A stretch of 63,477 nucleotides of DNA, filler included, from Neoconidiobolus thromboides FSU 785 (taxonomy: Eukaryota > Fungi > Entomophthoromycota), in assembly GCA_025603075.1 (NCBI GenBank). It is 8 parts of 8 records of this genome, joined end to end, with 100 filler letters (N's around TTAATTAATTAA, not from the genome) between each part and the next. Parts side by side here need not be neighbours in the genome. Positions count along the whole stretch, not along the records: positions 61,452 to 63,477 come from MU626889.1; 7 more parts are not named here. One strand, 5' to 3'. The notes beneath the pieces were generated by a model. It was not told the DNA's origin. It was given only the letters and a program-made list of their open reading frames with translations, and ran no database searches. Each line of letters starts with the position of its first letter. The stretch's first letter is position 1. The position numbers and the translations under genes were made by a program. Positions 63,081 through 63,477 of this stretch are shown in pieces.

Positions 63081-63476
63081 TTATAATAACGTAAAGTTAA
63101 GAGAATAGTCTTTAGGAGAAAAGAGCGGGGCAGGACTCAAGCTTAAACCTTCTCCATGAATTTGAGGAGAACCTTTAGGATAGTTTACTTTATATCTTAA
63201 TAGGATCATAGCAAGTACGGCCTTTTGTTCCAATAGTGAAAAGTTCATACCAATACATGATCTAGCACCTCCACCAAATGGAGTCCAGGCTGAAATATCA
63301 ACTGGATTATTTTGTGCATAAGATGATCCTTTGATAAATCTTTCTGGAATAAACTTTTCTGGCTCATTCCAGTATCTTTCATCGTGGTGTAATGTGTAAA
63401 TACTTAAAAGGACATCAGTGTTAGCAGGGATTGTGTAACCATCGACTACAACATCTTTAGACGTTGTTCTGAGTGG
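63081..63476 (-). CDS. Cytochrome P450 C-terminal part (5' end outside window)
   Basis: PLRTTSKDVVVDGYTIPANT...LHHDERYWNEPEKFIPERF...WTPFGGGARSCIGMNFS; TAA at 63083-63081. Absent from the ORF track. Confidence 0.93.
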   Translation of the reverse strand, partial: PLRTTSKDVVVDGYTIPANTDVLLSIYTLHHDERYWNEPEKFIPERFIKGSSYAQNNPVDISAWTPFGGGARSCIGMNFSLLEQKAVLAMILLRYKVNYPKGSPQIHGEGLSLSPAPLFSPKDYSLNFTLL

Positions 63477-63477
63477 A

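Overview
Very AT-rich eukaryotic DNA from an intron-containing fungus. The small GT-AG introns, Zn2Cys6 factors, secreted trypsin, GT32 mannosyltransferase and P450/ABCB arrays suggest an early-diverging, probably entomophthoralean (Conidiobolus-like) fungus; this is inference. The window is eight contigs joined by artificial 100-nt N44-TTAATTAATTAA-N44 spacers, so adjacency across gaps is uncertain. Housekeeping genes: stomatin (3' end), RBM25/SNU71, PheRS alpha, KRR1, tRNA-Glu(TTC), tRNA-Gln(TTG), a Ych1/Ibp1-type rhodanese phosphatase and an NDUFA9-like SDR. Accessory genes: a secreted 4x6-Cys repeat protein, a DJ-1/isocyanide-hydratase-like enzyme, ABCB pumps (one pseudogenised), a single-TOG CLASP-like protein, a degenerate acyl-CoA-ligase-like protein, GT32, trypsin, two Zn2Cys6 factors, one bHLH factor, an OYE pseudogene and three P450 pieces. 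Mobile DNA: about 23 copies of a ~98-bp MITE (TIR GGGGATGT, AT flanks), a longer element with related TIRs (GGGGCTGTC), three ~460-bp solo LTRs and a decayed LINE relic. Best leads: (1) an intron-containing, ORF2-less gene whose C-terminus looks like LINE ORF1 (RRM-like + CCHC) and whose N-terminus has a PAM2-like motif, i.e. a candidate domesticated retrotransposon protein; (2) the unrecognised 6-Cys tandem-domain secreted protein; (3) contig ends implying inverted near-identical ABCB copies or a circularisable amplicon; (4) a TOG protein with two tau-like repeats; (5) the AT-targeting MITE/TIR element pair. All family assignments are by eye; no database searches were run.
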